From Candidatus Sumerlaeales bacterium (GTDB taxonomy: Bacteria > Sumerlaeota > Sumerlaeia > Sumerlaeales > Sumerlaeaceae): 64,000 nt of DNA. The translations under genes were made by a program, and so were the position numbers. This document shows, in pieces, positions 18,784-28,705 of the stretch. Positions within the stretch are counted from its first letter, which is position 1; each line of letters opens with the position of its first letter. The notes under the pieces were generated by a model. The model did no database searches and was not told the DNA's origin. It saw only the letters and a list, made by a program, of their open reading frames with translations. The DNA lies in contig JBBSQY010000004.1 in NCBI GenBank assembly GCA_038243585.1, forward strand, positions 32,001 to 96,000, read 5' to 3'.

Positions 18784-19596
18784 ATGATCGACACACATTC
18801 ACACATACATGGTCCACAATATGTGGAGGATTTTCCTGAGGTACTGGATCGGGCCCGACAGGCGGGCGTTGAGCGGATTGTGCTTGTGGGGGTAAATCCG
18901 GATGATACGGATCGGGCGCTGCAAGTGGCCAGAGAGAATCCGGATGCCTTTTATGTCGTGGCAGGGCTTCATCCTCATGAGGCGAAAGCGTGGGATAATG
19001 GCGTCAGGGACAGGTTGCGGGACCAGATTGAGCAGAATCCCGGTCGCATTGTCGCCGTGGGGGAGATGGGTCTCGATTATCATTATGACTTCGCACCGCG
19101 CGATGTGCAGAAGTCGGCCTTCATAGGGCAGATGGAGCTGGCGAGAGAGACAGGCCTGCCCATTGTCATTCATTGCCGAGAGGCGTATGACGATTGCATG
19201 GAAATGTTAAAGGAATTTTACGGCACTGAAGCTCCTGATCTGGCTCATCCTCGCGGAGTTCTTCATTGTTACTTTGGCACCGTTGAGCAAGCGGCACAGG
19301 CTGTGGAACTGGGCTTTATGCTGGGTATCGGTGGATCCTGCACGTTTAAAAAAGCTGATGAGGTCCATCGGGTGATTGTGGAAATCGGGCTTGAAAATCT
19401 TGTGCTGGAGACAGACGCGCCCTATATGGCACCAGTTCCTTATCGCGGCAAACGCAATGAATCGTCCTATTTGTCTCATGTAGTCGCCCGGATTGCTGAG
19501 CTTAAATCCGTGGACGAAAAAACTGTGCGCAAGATGACATCTGACAACGCTTTGCAACTGTATTTTAATCGTCCCCCAGCCAACCTTACTTTGTAG
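18784..19596 (+). CDS. tatD: TatD family hydrolase
   Basis: IDTHSH, GLHPH, VGEMGLDY, IHCREA, LHCY, LETDAPY. Confidence 0.93.
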   Translation: MIDTHSHIHGPQYVEDFPEVLDRARQAGVERIVLVGVNPDDTDRALQVARENPDAFYVVAGLHPHEAKAWDNGVRDRLRDQIEQNPGRIVAVGEMGLDYHYDFAPRDVQKSAFIGQMELARETGLPIVIHCREAYDDCMEMLKEFYGTEAPDLAHPRGVLHCYFGTVEQAAQAVELGFMLGIGGSCTFKKADEVHRVIVEIGLENLVLETDAPYMAPVPYRGKRNESSYLSHVVARIAELKSVDEKTVRKMTSDNALQLYFNRPPANLTL

Positions 19597-19621
19597 TTCA
19601 TCACCGGAAAGCATAATTAAC

Positions 19622-20368
19622 ATGGTTAAATTTGCAATAGTGGGCGTCCGCCGCAGCGGTACAAAACTGATAGCCACCAACCTTGACAGCCATCCTGATA
19701 TCAAGTGTATCAATGAGGCTTTTGTCGTTGGTGGTAGATTGTTTCGGCCCAGAGGGGTTGATTTTGCCCATAATTACAGATCCTGGTATACGGCCTCTCT
19801 CACGAGGCGGGTAAAAGACCTGGTGATGCGACCTTCCTGTGTGGCGGAATATCTGGACGATTTGTACTCCCAGGACAAATTTCAGGCTATCGGTTTTAAG
19901 CTGATGGAAAAGGAACATCGTAAGTTTCCTACGGTGCTGGATTACCTTCGACGTAATAACGCTTCCATCATCCAGGTAACTAGGAAAAATGAACTTAAGA
20001 CGCTGGTTTCCAGGTCAGTTAAAAGGGTAAACAACGTGGCCCACACGACGCGCAGCGTCGAAAGGGTGCAGGTTACCCTTCAGGAAGAGAAGCTGATTTC
20101 GAGATTAACCAGCATTGCCCGGGCAAACGAAAGAATGGAAGAAGCTGTCGCAGGGATGCCTTATCTGCGAGTCTATTACGAAGATTTTATCGAACACAAA
20201 GACAGAGAAGTGGAGCGGATGCTTAACTTTTTGTCAGTTGATGCTTCGAGGCAGCTTCACTCCGACCTGATCAAAGGGAACCCTGATTCTCTCCGAAACA
20301 TCATTTCTAATTATGAAGCAGTTGCCGGGATACTAAAAGGTACCGAGTTTGAATGGTGCCTTGATTAG
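19622..20368 (+). CDS. sulfotransferase (Stf0-like)
   Basis: PAPS-binding RRSGT..LDSHP, GFKLM, R.N.L..LVS, VYYEDF. Confidence 0.75.
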   Translation: MVKFAIVGVRRSGTKLIATNLDSHPDIKCINEAFVVGGRLFRPRGVDFAHNYRSWYTASLTRRVKDLVMRPSCVAEYLDDLYSQDKFQAIGFKLMEKEHRKFPTVLDYLRRNNASIIQVTRKNELKTLVSRSVKRVNNVAHTTRSVERVQVTLQEEKLISRLTSIARANERMEEAVAGMPYLRVYYEDFIEHKDREVERMLNFLSVDASRQLHSDLIKGNPDSLRNIISNYEAVAGILKGTEFEWCLD

Positions 20369-20379
20369 CTGCTTACCTC

Positions 20380-21375
20380 TTACTGCGGGTATCGCGGCAT
20401 CAGGTCTGCGCTGGTAAACAGTCCGGTTATTCCCTGCCGATTTAGCCAGAATCCGGCGTTCATATAGCCAAGGGCGGGGCCGTTTACGTTGGCGGCCATG
20501 CTGGTTTCGTCTCCGAGAGTGAAGGTGTGCGTGCTGCGCTTGCCTTCGAAGGTGAGACCTGTGACTTTTACACTGGTGCTGACAGGTTTGTCGGGATTTC
20601 TAGTGTCAACGAGACCGCCTACTTTGACTTTGCTGCGGTGGAGGATACCCGCCTGCTCAAGCATGATGTCGTCGGCGTGTTCCATGTTGACCAGTTCGAG
20701 CAGGCCGTTCCGCGATTCCAGTTCCGCTTCGATTTCAACGTCGGACATGGCAGAAACTTTATTGACGTCGAAGCCGGCAAGATGTGCGATATCTTCGCGG
20801 ATAGTGGCGCGATAGGCTTCCCAGTTGGCGATACCAACCCCAAACCAGATCGTAACGTCTTCAACCTCGACAAAAGACTGAGCGGCCAGGCTGGCGGCGG
20901 CGGTGAGGAGGCCGGGAGTGGCGCCGCAACCAGTGATATAGGTGACGCCGGACGCAGCCAAGGCCTCGCGGCGCGCGAATACCATATCCATGGCGGAGGT
21001 GCGCTTTAAGGCATCGACTACCACGCCTTTGTAGCCGCTGGCAATAATGCGGTCGATGGTCTCAGGGATGAATTCATTAGGAAGATTTGGCAATGCGAGG
21101 AAGATGCCGTCGATTTCGCCTTTGCCGGCATGGGCCAGCACCTGATCAAGGGGATTGTTTGCACGCAGCCCGACGTTTTTTACGTCGCCGACGGTGTGGC
21201 CGGGGGGCAGGTGATCAAAGAGTTCGGACGAAGACAAACCGTCGGCGCTGTAGGCGAAACCTTCGGTATCACACATAGCGACCAAGGTTAACGATTTTTT
21301 GAAATCCAAAAGCCGGGCCATATTGCGTCCCAAACCGCCGGCGCCCAAAACTGCTACTCGTTTAACATCGCTCAT
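20380..21375 (-). CDS. bioU: BioU-like dehydrogenase (BioA substitute in biotin synthesis)
   Basis: GAGGLG, ALPNLPN, VDALKRT, TGCGATPGLLT, GVGIANWEAYRATIREDIAH, MEHADD, FTLGDETSMAANV; 331 aa from reassigned start MSDVKR. Confidence 0.85.
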   Translation of the reverse strand: MSDVKRVAVLGAGGLGRNMARLLDFKKSLTLVAMCDTEGFAYSADGLSSSELFDHLPPGHTVGDVKNVGLRANNPLDQVLAHAGKGEIDGIFLALPNLPNEFIPETIDRIIASGYKGVVVDALKRTSAMDMVFARREALAASGVTYITGCGATPGLLTAAASLAAQSFVEVEDVTIWFGVGIANWEAYRATIREDIAHLAGFDVNKVSAMSDVEIEAELESRNGLLELVNMEHADDIMLEQAGILHRSKVKVGGLVDTRNPDKPVSTSVKVTGLTFEGKRSTHTFTLGDETSMAANVNGPALGYMNAGFWLNRQGITGLFTSADLMPRYPQ

Positions 21376-21610
21376 GTGAGAGTTTCTCCTGATTATTTCT
21401 AAGATAAAAAGGCGGTTGCTCCGCGAGTCATTGCAAGGGAAAATTGCGTTGAAAAATTGGATGGGGCTTAGTCGTCGTCTTTTTCGGCATGAACTATAGT
21501 TCGTCTCTCGATTGTAATAGGCAGGCGGCATTGAGAAGCTTGACTTGCCTGTTATTGTGGGTTTTGCCTTTTCTATTAGCTGATCTTCGTATAAGTGAAA
21601 GGATTGCGCC

Positions 21611-22618
21611 ATGGACGACAGCAAAGATAACGGAGTCTCCAGACGGGACTTTATGAAACGAGCGGCCGCGGGGGCTGCTGCAATCGGCCTGGCAGGTATG
21701 ATTCCTTCAGGCATTCAGGCGGCCGAGGGCCTTACTTCTGGCACGGCTGCGACGGCCGGTGCGGGCGGCTCCTTAATCCCACTGCGGACCCTGGGAAACA
21801 CGGGGGCAAGAATTTCCATGCTTGGTTTTGGCGGAGGTTCGCGATTCCTGATTGCGTCTGAGGAGCAAGGGGCGGCAATGTTAGAACGGGCCGTGGAACT
21901 TGGGATTACCTATTTTGATACGGCATCATCTTATGGCAAGGATCGCGCATCCGAGAAGAGGTATGGAGAAGTACTTCCGAAATACCGGGATAAAATCTTC
22001 CTGACGACAAAAACGGCTGACCGTACCTATGATGGCATGATGAAATCCGTGGAAGAAAGCCTGGCGCATCTTAAGACAGACCATCTTGATCTGATGCAGA
22101 TGCATGACGTTGGGCCGAAGGATGACCCGGCGGCGTGGGAGAAACCGGACGGTGCACTGACTGCCCTGCGCAAATTACGTGACCAGAAGGTAATCAGATT
22201 TATTGGCTTTACGGGGCACCAGAAGGCGGAGGTGCATCGGAACATTATCGAGAAACTGGATTACGACACGGTATTAATGGCGTTGAATGCGGCGGACCAT
22301 AAGTCATTTCGAGAAGTAGCACTACCGGCGGCAGAAAAGAAGAACATGGGTATCATCGCCATGAAGGTAACCCGCGGCCTAGTTGGCGAAGGTGAGGGAA
22401 AAAGCACACCAGCCGAACTTCTTTCATGGGCTTTTTCGTTGCCGATCTCCACAGTAATCGTGGGAATGGAAACGCTGGAGCAAATTGATCAGAATGTGCA
22501 ACAGGCGAGGGTTTGGGCACCGGGCAAGACCGACGTGGCGGCGTTGACACGGCGTATTACGCCTCACGCTAGTTTTGAACAGGTGAGCTGGGCTATGCCG
22601 GATTATCGGGACGCCTGA
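21611..22618 (+). CDS. aldo/keto reductase with Tat signal
   Basis: SRRDFMK twin-arginine; YFDTASSYG, FLTTK, LDLMQMH, IIAMK. Confidence 0.88.
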   Translation: MDDSKDNGVSRRDFMKRAAAGAAAIGLAGMIPSGIQAAEGLTSGTAATAGAGGSLIPLRTLGNTGARISMLGFGGGSRFLIASEEQGAAMLERAVELGITYFDTASSYGKDRASEKRYGEVLPKYRDKIFLTTKTADRTYDGMMKSVEESLAHLKTDHLDLMQMHDVGPKDDPAAWEKPDGALTALRKLRDQKVIRFIGFTGHQKAEVHRNIIEKLDYDTVLMALNAADHKSFREVALPAAEKKNMGIIAMKVTRGLVGEGEGKSTPAELLSWAFSLPISTVIVGMETLEQIDQNVQQARVWAPGKTDVAALTRRITPHASFEQVSWAMPDYRDA

Positions 22619-22668
22619 GCAGAGCGCATCCGCAGTACCTGACTGAATTAACTGGATTTTTCAAGCAA

Positions 22669-23127
22669 TTAATTTGGTAAGAACGTGGGCTTTTTCACCA
22701 GTACGGCAGCTCCGGGTTCGGCCATGCCCTCCTCCAGAAACCGCAGAGTACAGGCGGGGTGGAGGGGGGAGGTCGGATCAGGGGCTTTTGTTATAATTAG
22801 AATGGCGTCGCCAATTTTCACTGTAGAGTGAACGGTGAGATTACCCGGGTCGATGCCGCGAATGACAATTTGTTCGCCCAGACAACCCGGCGTAACCGGG
22901 CGCTTGAGCCGAGCGGTGATGAGAGGGTAATGCTCTTCCAGCAGAAGTGTAACGGTCCCCGTCGGGTGGAGGTGGAATAGGGCGGGTTCCAGCCAGACCA
23001 GTTCACAGAGACGGGAACGAATGGGTGGGAGATGATCTGCGACAGCCGCCGCAGGAAAAGTGCCGCGGCCTGGAAAGATGTCGGAAAGAAATCCACTGGT
23101 TTCGTCCGAAGTCGCTGATGCCGGCAT
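22669..23127 (-). CDS. degenerate MOSC-like protein
   Basis: PGCLGEQIVIRGID..L....VKIGDAILIIT, RFLEEG resemble MOSC. Confidence 0.5.
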   Translation of the reverse strand: MPASATSDETSGFLSDIFPGRGTFPAAAVADHLPPIRSRLCELVWLEPALFHLHPTGTVTLLLEEHYPLITARLKRPVTPGCLGEQIVIRGIDPGNLTVHSTVKIGDAILIITKAPDPTSPLHPACTLRFLEEGMAEPGAAVLVKKPTFLPN

Positions 23128-23147
23128 GGGTAAGGGCGCCTGTAAGC

Positions 23148-23429
23148 CTAGTATATATAGTTACGCCGGCGGGCGATTTCTTCTTTTTTCTGGGCGAATA
23201 TGGCTTGCCACTCGGCGCTGCCCTGGGGAATTTTCCGCTGCATTTTATCGATCATTTCAACGACTTCGCGGTCGATGGTCTCTTCAATGCGTAGGTCTTC
23301 GTCGATAACACGGGCGATTTCGGATTCAAGGACGATGGAGCTGCCCTTAAAGTCGATTAGTTTTTTCGTGGTAAGTTCTTCGGCTATCTGGCCGGCGATG
23401 AACTGGATTCTGTCTTCGGAAAGGCGCAT
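23148..23429 (-). CDS. DUF507 family protein
   Basis: MRLSEDRI.., EDLRIEETIDREV, KKEEIARRR. Confidence 0.75.
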   Translation of the reverse strand: MRLSEDRIQFIAGQIAEELTTKKLIDFKGSSIVLESEIARVIDEDLRIEETIDREVVEMIDKMQRKIPQGSAEWQAIFAQKKEEIARRRNYIY

Positions 23430-23478
23430 GAGGCGGGGGTCCTGTGGGATGAATGTTTTTTTAGCTGGTGGCTGACAG

Positions 23479-23760
23479 TTACAGGGTGATTTTTCTTTGT
23501 CGCGCGAGTTCTTTTTTGGTGCGGTCGAGCAGGGTATTGTAGCTCATGTTCTGGCGGTCGATATTCATTTTGTGCTGGCTGAGGATCTGTTCCGCTTCTT
23601 TTTCGAGGTCGTCTTCCCGTTTAAGATCTTCCTGGATCAGGCGGCGTACGGTGCCTTCAATTTGATCTATCGGGGCGATAATTTCAGCGCGTTTGTGGGC
23701 CTTTAGGGATGCTGCCACCTTGCGGGCCAGGGATTCTATTTTTTCCGGTTTTAATCTCAT
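23479..23760 (-). CDS. DUF507 family protein
   Basis: MRLKPEKI.., EDLKREDDLEKEAEQIL, TKKELARQRK. Confidence 0.75.
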   Translation of the reverse strand: MRLKPEKIESLARKVAASLKAHKRAEIIAPIDQIEGTVRRLIQEDLKREDDLEKEAEQILSQHKMNIDRQNMSYNTLLDRTKKELARQRKITL

Positions 23761-23775
23761 GGGGGTGTCCTGGGT

Positions 23776-24522
23776 TTATTGGTATTGTTCGATGAGTTCG
23801 TCGCTGATGTCGTAGTTTGCGCTGACGATGCCGACGTCGTCGTGTTCTTCAAGGGTATTCAACAGCTTGAGAACGCCTTCGGCGTCTTTCCCTTCGACGG
23901 CTTTTGTCATGGTGGGAATGCTGCTGATTTCAGAGCTTTCAATTTTAAAGCCAGCCTGTTCAATGGCTTCCCGGACATCGTTAAGAGCGGTGGGGGATGT
24001 GGTGATTGTGAAGCCGTCCTCTTCGGATTTGAAATCGTCGGCACCAGATTCGAGAGCGATTTCCATGAGCTGGTCTTCGTCTGCCCCTTCGCGGGCAATG
24101 AGGATGATGCCATGTTTTTCAAAGAGATAAGAGACGCTGCCGACGGCTCCGAGATTTCCGTGGCCCTTGCTGAAGATATGGCGGATTTCTGCGGCGGTGC
24201 GGTTTTTGTTGTCGCTGGTGCATTCGACCATGATGGCGACGCCGCCGGGGCCATAACCTTCGTAGACCATCTCTTCGTAGGTAGCGCCTTCAAGTTCGCC
24301 AGCGCCTTTTTTTACAGCGTTTTCGATATTTTTCAGGGGCATGTTGACGTCTTTTGCGCCGGCTATCGCGGTGCGCAGACGGGGGTTTGCGCTGGGATCG
24401 CTGCCGCCCATACGGGACGCGATGGTGAGTTCGCGGATGATACGGGTGAAGGTCTTGCCGCGTTTAGCGTCAACGATTGCTTTTTTGTGTTTGATTGAGG
24501 CCCATTTGGAATGACCGGACAT
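23776..24522 (-). CDS. yebC: YebC/PmpR family protein
   Basis: MSGHSKWASIKHKK, NPRLR, YEGYGPGG, DNKNRT. Confidence 0.96.
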   Translation of the reverse strand: MSGHSKWASIKHKKAIVDAKRGKTFTRIIRELTIASRMGGSDPSANPRLRTAIAGAKDVNMPLKNIENAVKKGAGELEGATYEEMVYEGYGPGGVAIMVECTSDNKNRTAAEIRHIFSKGHGNLGAVGSVSYLFEKHGIILIAREGADEDQLMEIALESGADDFKSEEDGFTITTSPTALNDVREAIEQAGFKIESSEISSIPTMTKAVEGKDAEGVLKLLNTLEEHDDVGIVSANYDISDELIEQYQ

Positions 24523-24718
24523 CGTGTTATTTCCTGTTCATTAAAATGGTGGGAGCTGATCGAACGAGTCCGTTGATGTTACCACTAACCAGAAAATCAT
24601 TTTGAGGTTGTGTCAAATTGAAATTGAACGGGAAATAAGGGGTCTCCCGACTTCGCCGAATTATCGTGCGCAGGAGTGGAGTCTCTGGGCCTAATGAACT
24701 CTATAAAATGAGACTTCG

Positions 24719-25063
24719 TTAGAAGGCCAGGCGGATCATCTTTTTCAGTTCGGTGGCCATCTGGGTGGGGTTTGTGGTGTTGAATAGCTGCGTTAGCGCG
24801 AACCAGATGACCGCGCCGAGGATTGCGCTGATGATGAGAGTGCGGAGGCATCCGAGCAGGGAAAAGCGTGTGCGCCGGCGGACCGGGGTATCAGATATAG
24901 CGGACTGAAACTCCTGAAAGGCAGCGGCACATTCGGATCCGCAGAAGCGTCCGCCGCTGGCAATGGCACAGTTATCACAGATGGGCTTGCCACAGCGGCG
25001 ACAGCCGTATAAGGCCCGGCGGATGGGGTGATTGGCGCACATGCCACGGCCGGGGCTAGCCAT
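24719..25063 (-). CDS. small B-box-like Zn-finger membrane protein
   Basis: CANHP...CRRCGKPICDNC...FCGSEC, C-terminal TM; start reassigned to ATG 25063, overlapping the upstream stop. Confidence 0.65.
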   Translation of the reverse strand: MASPGRGMCANHPIRRALYGCRRCGKPICDNCAIASGGRFCGSECAAAFQEFQSAISDTPVRRRTRFSLLGCLRTLIISAILGAVIWFALTQLFNTTNPTQMATELKKMIRLAF

Positions 25064-26390
25064 GAGGGCTGCCAGTGCGGAGAATGGCAGCGAGTTCCGC
25101 GGTCTGGCGCTGACGCGTGTAAGTCTGGATGAGAGCTTCATTTCGGCGGAGCTGGAGACGGCCCAGAAATAGCTCGAACAGGGTTTCCTTGATACGAAAC
25201 ACGTTGTCCGGGTGGATGACGACGCCGGCGCCGGTATTGCGGACAAGATCGGCCAGGGCTCCGGGAGGGGCGATGGCCAGGATGGGTTTTCCGGTAGCGA
25301 GATATTCGAAAATCTTCTGGGTGAGCATGATGTGGCCGTTAGGTTTTTCGCCTTCCAGCACAAGAAGGACGTCGGCGCTTTTCTGAAGGGCGAGAGCTTC
25401 TTTCCAGGTACCCATGCCCCAGTTGGAAACGATCGGGTAAAGATCGAGGTCGCGGATCATCTCGGTGTGTTCCGGTTTAAAATTGCTGCGGAAAATGATT
25501 TCGATATTGTCCTGAAGCCCTGGGTAGCAATCCAGAAGACCGCGGATTGCAGCGAAAAAGCTGTCGGGGGAGCGCTGCATAAACATGGTTCCGGTGTAGG
25601 CCATGCGGAATTTTTCAGTGGGCAGGTCAGGAATGTCGCTCAGGTCCGTCGGATCGAAGCCGTTGGGAAGGGTGGTGACGTTGGGGCGCCCGGAGAGCGC
25701 GGAGAAGTAGTCGGCGATGGGGGCGCTAACGGCGGTGATGGTGTCGGCGTGGAGCGCAACCTGGCGCTCGAGGTGAGCGTTAAGACGGCGATGGGCCGGT
25801 GTGATATAGTCAGCGAAATAGGGGTTCTGGGTCCAGCCATCCCGGAAGTCGGCGTGCCAGTGGATGTTGTAACGGCGCTTGAGATAAAGGCCGATAAGGT
25901 GGGTTGAGTTCGGGTACGATGAAGTGAAGACGTAACGAACGGCCTGGCTGCGGATGATCTGTTCTGCGGCGGGGATAGCAGTAGCCAGCCACGGAAAGCG
26001 GTCATCGGGCAGGGCGAGGATGCGGCGGGCCGTGGTCGCGGCGCTGCCGAGCATGCGCATGCGAGTAGACTGAACGGTGCGGGGCGATGCTGGTTTGTCT
26101 GCAGCGGCCAGATCCAATTTGCTGCGCAGGCTGCGCATGGGGGCGAGGAGGGGATGGGCGGCAGCCTGAAGCTGATCAAGGTCGGGGCTATGGGTGCGCC
26201 AGATGCGGCAGTTTTGCGAATCAATTTCGTTTAGGGCGTCGTAATCTAGGGTGCTGTGTCCGGCGGGGGAGGCAGCGAGGATCAGAGGGGTGAAGCCGGA
26301 TTCGGGCAAATAACGGGCAAATTTTATAATACGCCGCACTCCGGCAAGAGTCGGCGGGAAATCATGATTGATGAGTAGAATGCGGTCCAT
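25056..26390 (-). CDS. glycosyltransferase family 4
   Basis: DFPP..AGV.R..KF..YL, ADFRDGW, LPNGFD, YTG, KIFEYLATGKPIL. Confidence 0.88.
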   Translation of the reverse strand: MDRILLINHDFPPTLAGVRRIIKFARYLPESGFTPLILAASPAGHSTLDYDALNEIDSQNCRIWRTHSPDLDQLQAAAHPLLAPMRSLRSKLDLAAADKPASPRTVQSTRMRMLGSAATTARRILALPDDRFPWLATAIPAAEQIIRSQAVRYVFTSSYPNSTHLIGLYLKRRYNIHWHADFRDGWTQNPYFADYITPAHRRLNAHLERQVALHADTITAVSAPIADYFSALSGRPNVTTLPNGFDPTDLSDIPDLPTEKFRMAYTGTMFMQRSPDSFFAAIRGLLDCYPGLQDNIEIIFRSNFKPEHTEMIRDLDLYPIVSNWGMGTWKEALALQKSADVLLVLEGEKPNGHIMLTQKIFEYLATGKPILAIAPPGALADLVRNTGAGVVIHPDNVFRIKETLFELFLGRLQLRRNEALIQTYTRQRQTAELAAILRTGSPHG

Positions 26391-26489
26391 TAAAAGTGTT
26401 TTGATGCAGGCGCAGAAGTTAAAGTTAGAAAATCAGGCGAAACGCCCATTCTGTTTTGTCGTCGGACAACCGGAGCGGATGGTTGCATT

Positions 26490-27628
26490 TTATCGTTCGC
26501 CGAAGAGCATGGTGAAATCTTGTTCCGTCATAATCGGATGGCTGGCCAATTCCAGGTTTTGCTTTACGTGGGCCGGAGTGCTCATGCCTACAAGGGCGCT
26601 TGCGACTTCGGGTATACTGCGGGCAAATTGAATGGCCCGGGCAGCATCGTCAGGAAACCCTGTGATGGCCTGACGCAGAGTAGCCGGAAGGTTTTTTGCC
26701 AGCCCTTTCTGTAAAAGTGACGCGCTGCCGACTACAGAAATATTTAAGGCGCGGGCGGCTTCCAGAAAAGTCATTTGGCGTCTCCGACTTTCTGATTGGA
26801 GACTGTTAGGGCGTCGGTCATTACAAGGTTAATGGGCATCTCCACTACGCGAAAACAGTGGTTTTCGCCCCCGGCCCGTCGGGCTACTTCAACCAGACGT
26901 TCCAACTGCATAAGCTGACCCGTGCCCTGAGCATCAAGAAATCCATCCCAGGTGGCAACGCCATAAACGCTGGTCTTATCTTCCTGAACCGCGTTCTCCA
27001 GCGCACGAAAAGCCATTTCTACCGCATCATAAAATCGCGGCTCGTTCATGTCACCCATCTGGGTTTCCGGGTTATGAAGGTAGTAAATGTCGACTTTTTC
27101 AACATTTAGGTTTTTCAGGCTTTGATTCAGCTGATGATACAGATACATCGGCGCCATGCAGTGACCGCTGGAATGGATTTCATCCGGGGTGATTACCCCT
27201 TTTACCAGCAAGTTGTCTTCTATCCACTCATACGGGTCAGTGGGATAGGTCGAGTCGAACGGGATAAATCCGCCTTTTGTACATAGGATAACCTCATCGC
27301 GAGGAAACCCCTGAGCGATCAATTTCCCAAGCGCGGTTCCGATCGCGCGTTCGCTTCTTTGATATCGATAATTGATGGCAGTATCGATAACGTTGCACCC
27401 CAGGGATACAGCGTCAATCACGCACTGGGTATAGCGCGCATCGGTTTCGTCGGTCGGTTCGCCAAGGTAGGTCCCAATCCCGATAGACGAAAACACCAGG
27501 TCCATAGCAAGGCGGAAGTGTCCCGGGTGGAGCTCTGCGTGCTTCTCTGCATAACGCTCTGTACCTTGTAGGGTAGCGCATCCGGGAACCGGAGAAGACT
27601 GGGCGGGTAAATTCGTATGAGTTGACAT
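26490..27628 (-). pseudogene. aldo/keto reductase split by a 1-nt frameshift (or sequencing error)
   Basis: N-part (GIGTYLG, DTAINY, CTKGG, YLHNPE) ends GCC AAA TGA overlapping the ATG of the C-part (TFLEAAR..SASLLQ..ALVGMS..HV..NL); one extra A restores a single ORF. Confidence 0.75.
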
Positions 27629-27670
27629 TTATAGAGCTACTTTTAGTTCGGTCAGTGAGGGCTACGCAAT

Positions 27671-27706
27671 AAAAAATCGCCCGCCTTATTGCTTAAGGCG
27701 GGCGAT
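27671..27706 (-). terminator. intrinsic terminator of rplY
   Basis: TCGCCCGCCTTA/TAAGGCGGGCGA stem plus T6 on minus strand. Confidence 0.85.
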
Positions 27707-27777
27707 GTCGTTGGAATGATGTTCCTGGAATGTTAATCAACCCGGTTACAAATAAAAAACCGGGCGATTGGCCTGAT

Positions 27778-28422
27778 TTATTTCTCTTCAGCAGGCTTGC
27801 CGATAACTTCCGGCTGTTCTGGGGTTTCGGCTGCGGTCTCTGCTGCTGTGGCGGCTCTCATCACGTGGACCGCAAACAGAGTTTCCTGTGGCTCAGTGAT
27901 GATTGTCACATTTTCAGGGACTTTGATGTCGCTGACATGAAGGCTTTCGTTGATTGGCAGGGCCGAGATGTCGACGTCGATCGATTCCGGCAGGTTGCCC
28001 GGCAGACAACGGACGACGATCATGCGAAGATGCGTTTCGAGCAGACCGCCTTCGCGAACGCCAATCGGGGTGCCGACGGAATGAATTGGCACTTCAAATT
28101 CAGCTTCCTGATCCATGCGGACGTGCAGAAGATCGACGTGGAGGTAGCGACGTGTCAGCGGGTCGCGCTGCAACTCACGGATAACCGCGGTTACATTGCT
28201 GCCTGCTGCTTCGCCCGCCAGGTGAAACAGGTTCGTTTCCGCATTGGCCTTGGACATGGCCTTTTCAAGTTCACGGTAATTGAGGGAGACCATCTTCGGC
28301 TCGTGGCCGGTGCCGTAGATGATTGCCGGTACTAGACCGGTGGAGCGGAGGCGACGGTTTGGTCCTTTTCCAGTTTCGGTGCGACCGGAGACTGTGAGGG
28401 TGTCCATTTCTGGTTTTGCCAT
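27778..28422 (-). CDS. rplY: 50S ribosomal protein L25/Ctc
   Basis: GKGPNRRLR..G.VPAIIYG, ELQRDPL..YLHVDL, GVREGG; start reassigned to MAKPEM. Confidence 0.95.
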   Translation of the reverse strand: MAKPEMDTLTVSGRTETGKGPNRRLRSTGLVPAIIYGTGHEPKMVSLNYRELEKAMSKANAETNLFHLAGEAAGSNVTAVIRELQRDPLTRRYLHVDLLHVRMDQEAEFEVPIHSVGTPIGVREGGLLETHLRMIVVRCLPGNLPESIDVDISALPINESLHVSDIKVPENVTIITEPQETLFAVHVMRAATAAETAAETPEQPEVIGKPAEEK

Positions 28423-28440
28423 TTTACTGTTCCTTGAATA

Positions 28441-28513
28441 GAGTCGCCTGGTATGCAACCGGCCATGCAAAGCATCGCCTGGGCTGTTGCAGACGCCGTG
28501 TGGGAGACAACTC
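28441..28513 (-). promoter_or_regulatory. candidate rplY leader hairpin
   Basis: Nested stems GAGTTGTCT/AGGCGACTC, TGCAAC/GTTGCA, ATGC/GCAT ending just before the RBS. Confidence 0.4.
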
Positions 28514-28705
28514 GCGCGGGGATGGTATTCTGAGGCTTGTGCAATGCTCCTTATTTGGCGGAGACTCATTCGCAGAGAAATTTTGACACACCAGCATGAA
28601 AAGAAGCAAGAGCCGAAGTAAGATAACTTTAATAAAACGGATTATGATTTGGGTGAGATTTTTTGTGTTGCTGGCATTTGATGGCTGGTTTTAACACAAG
28701 TCGCT

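Noticed and set aside
21376..21610. BirA operator upstream of bioU
   Set aside because: No TGTTAAC-like inverted repeat found
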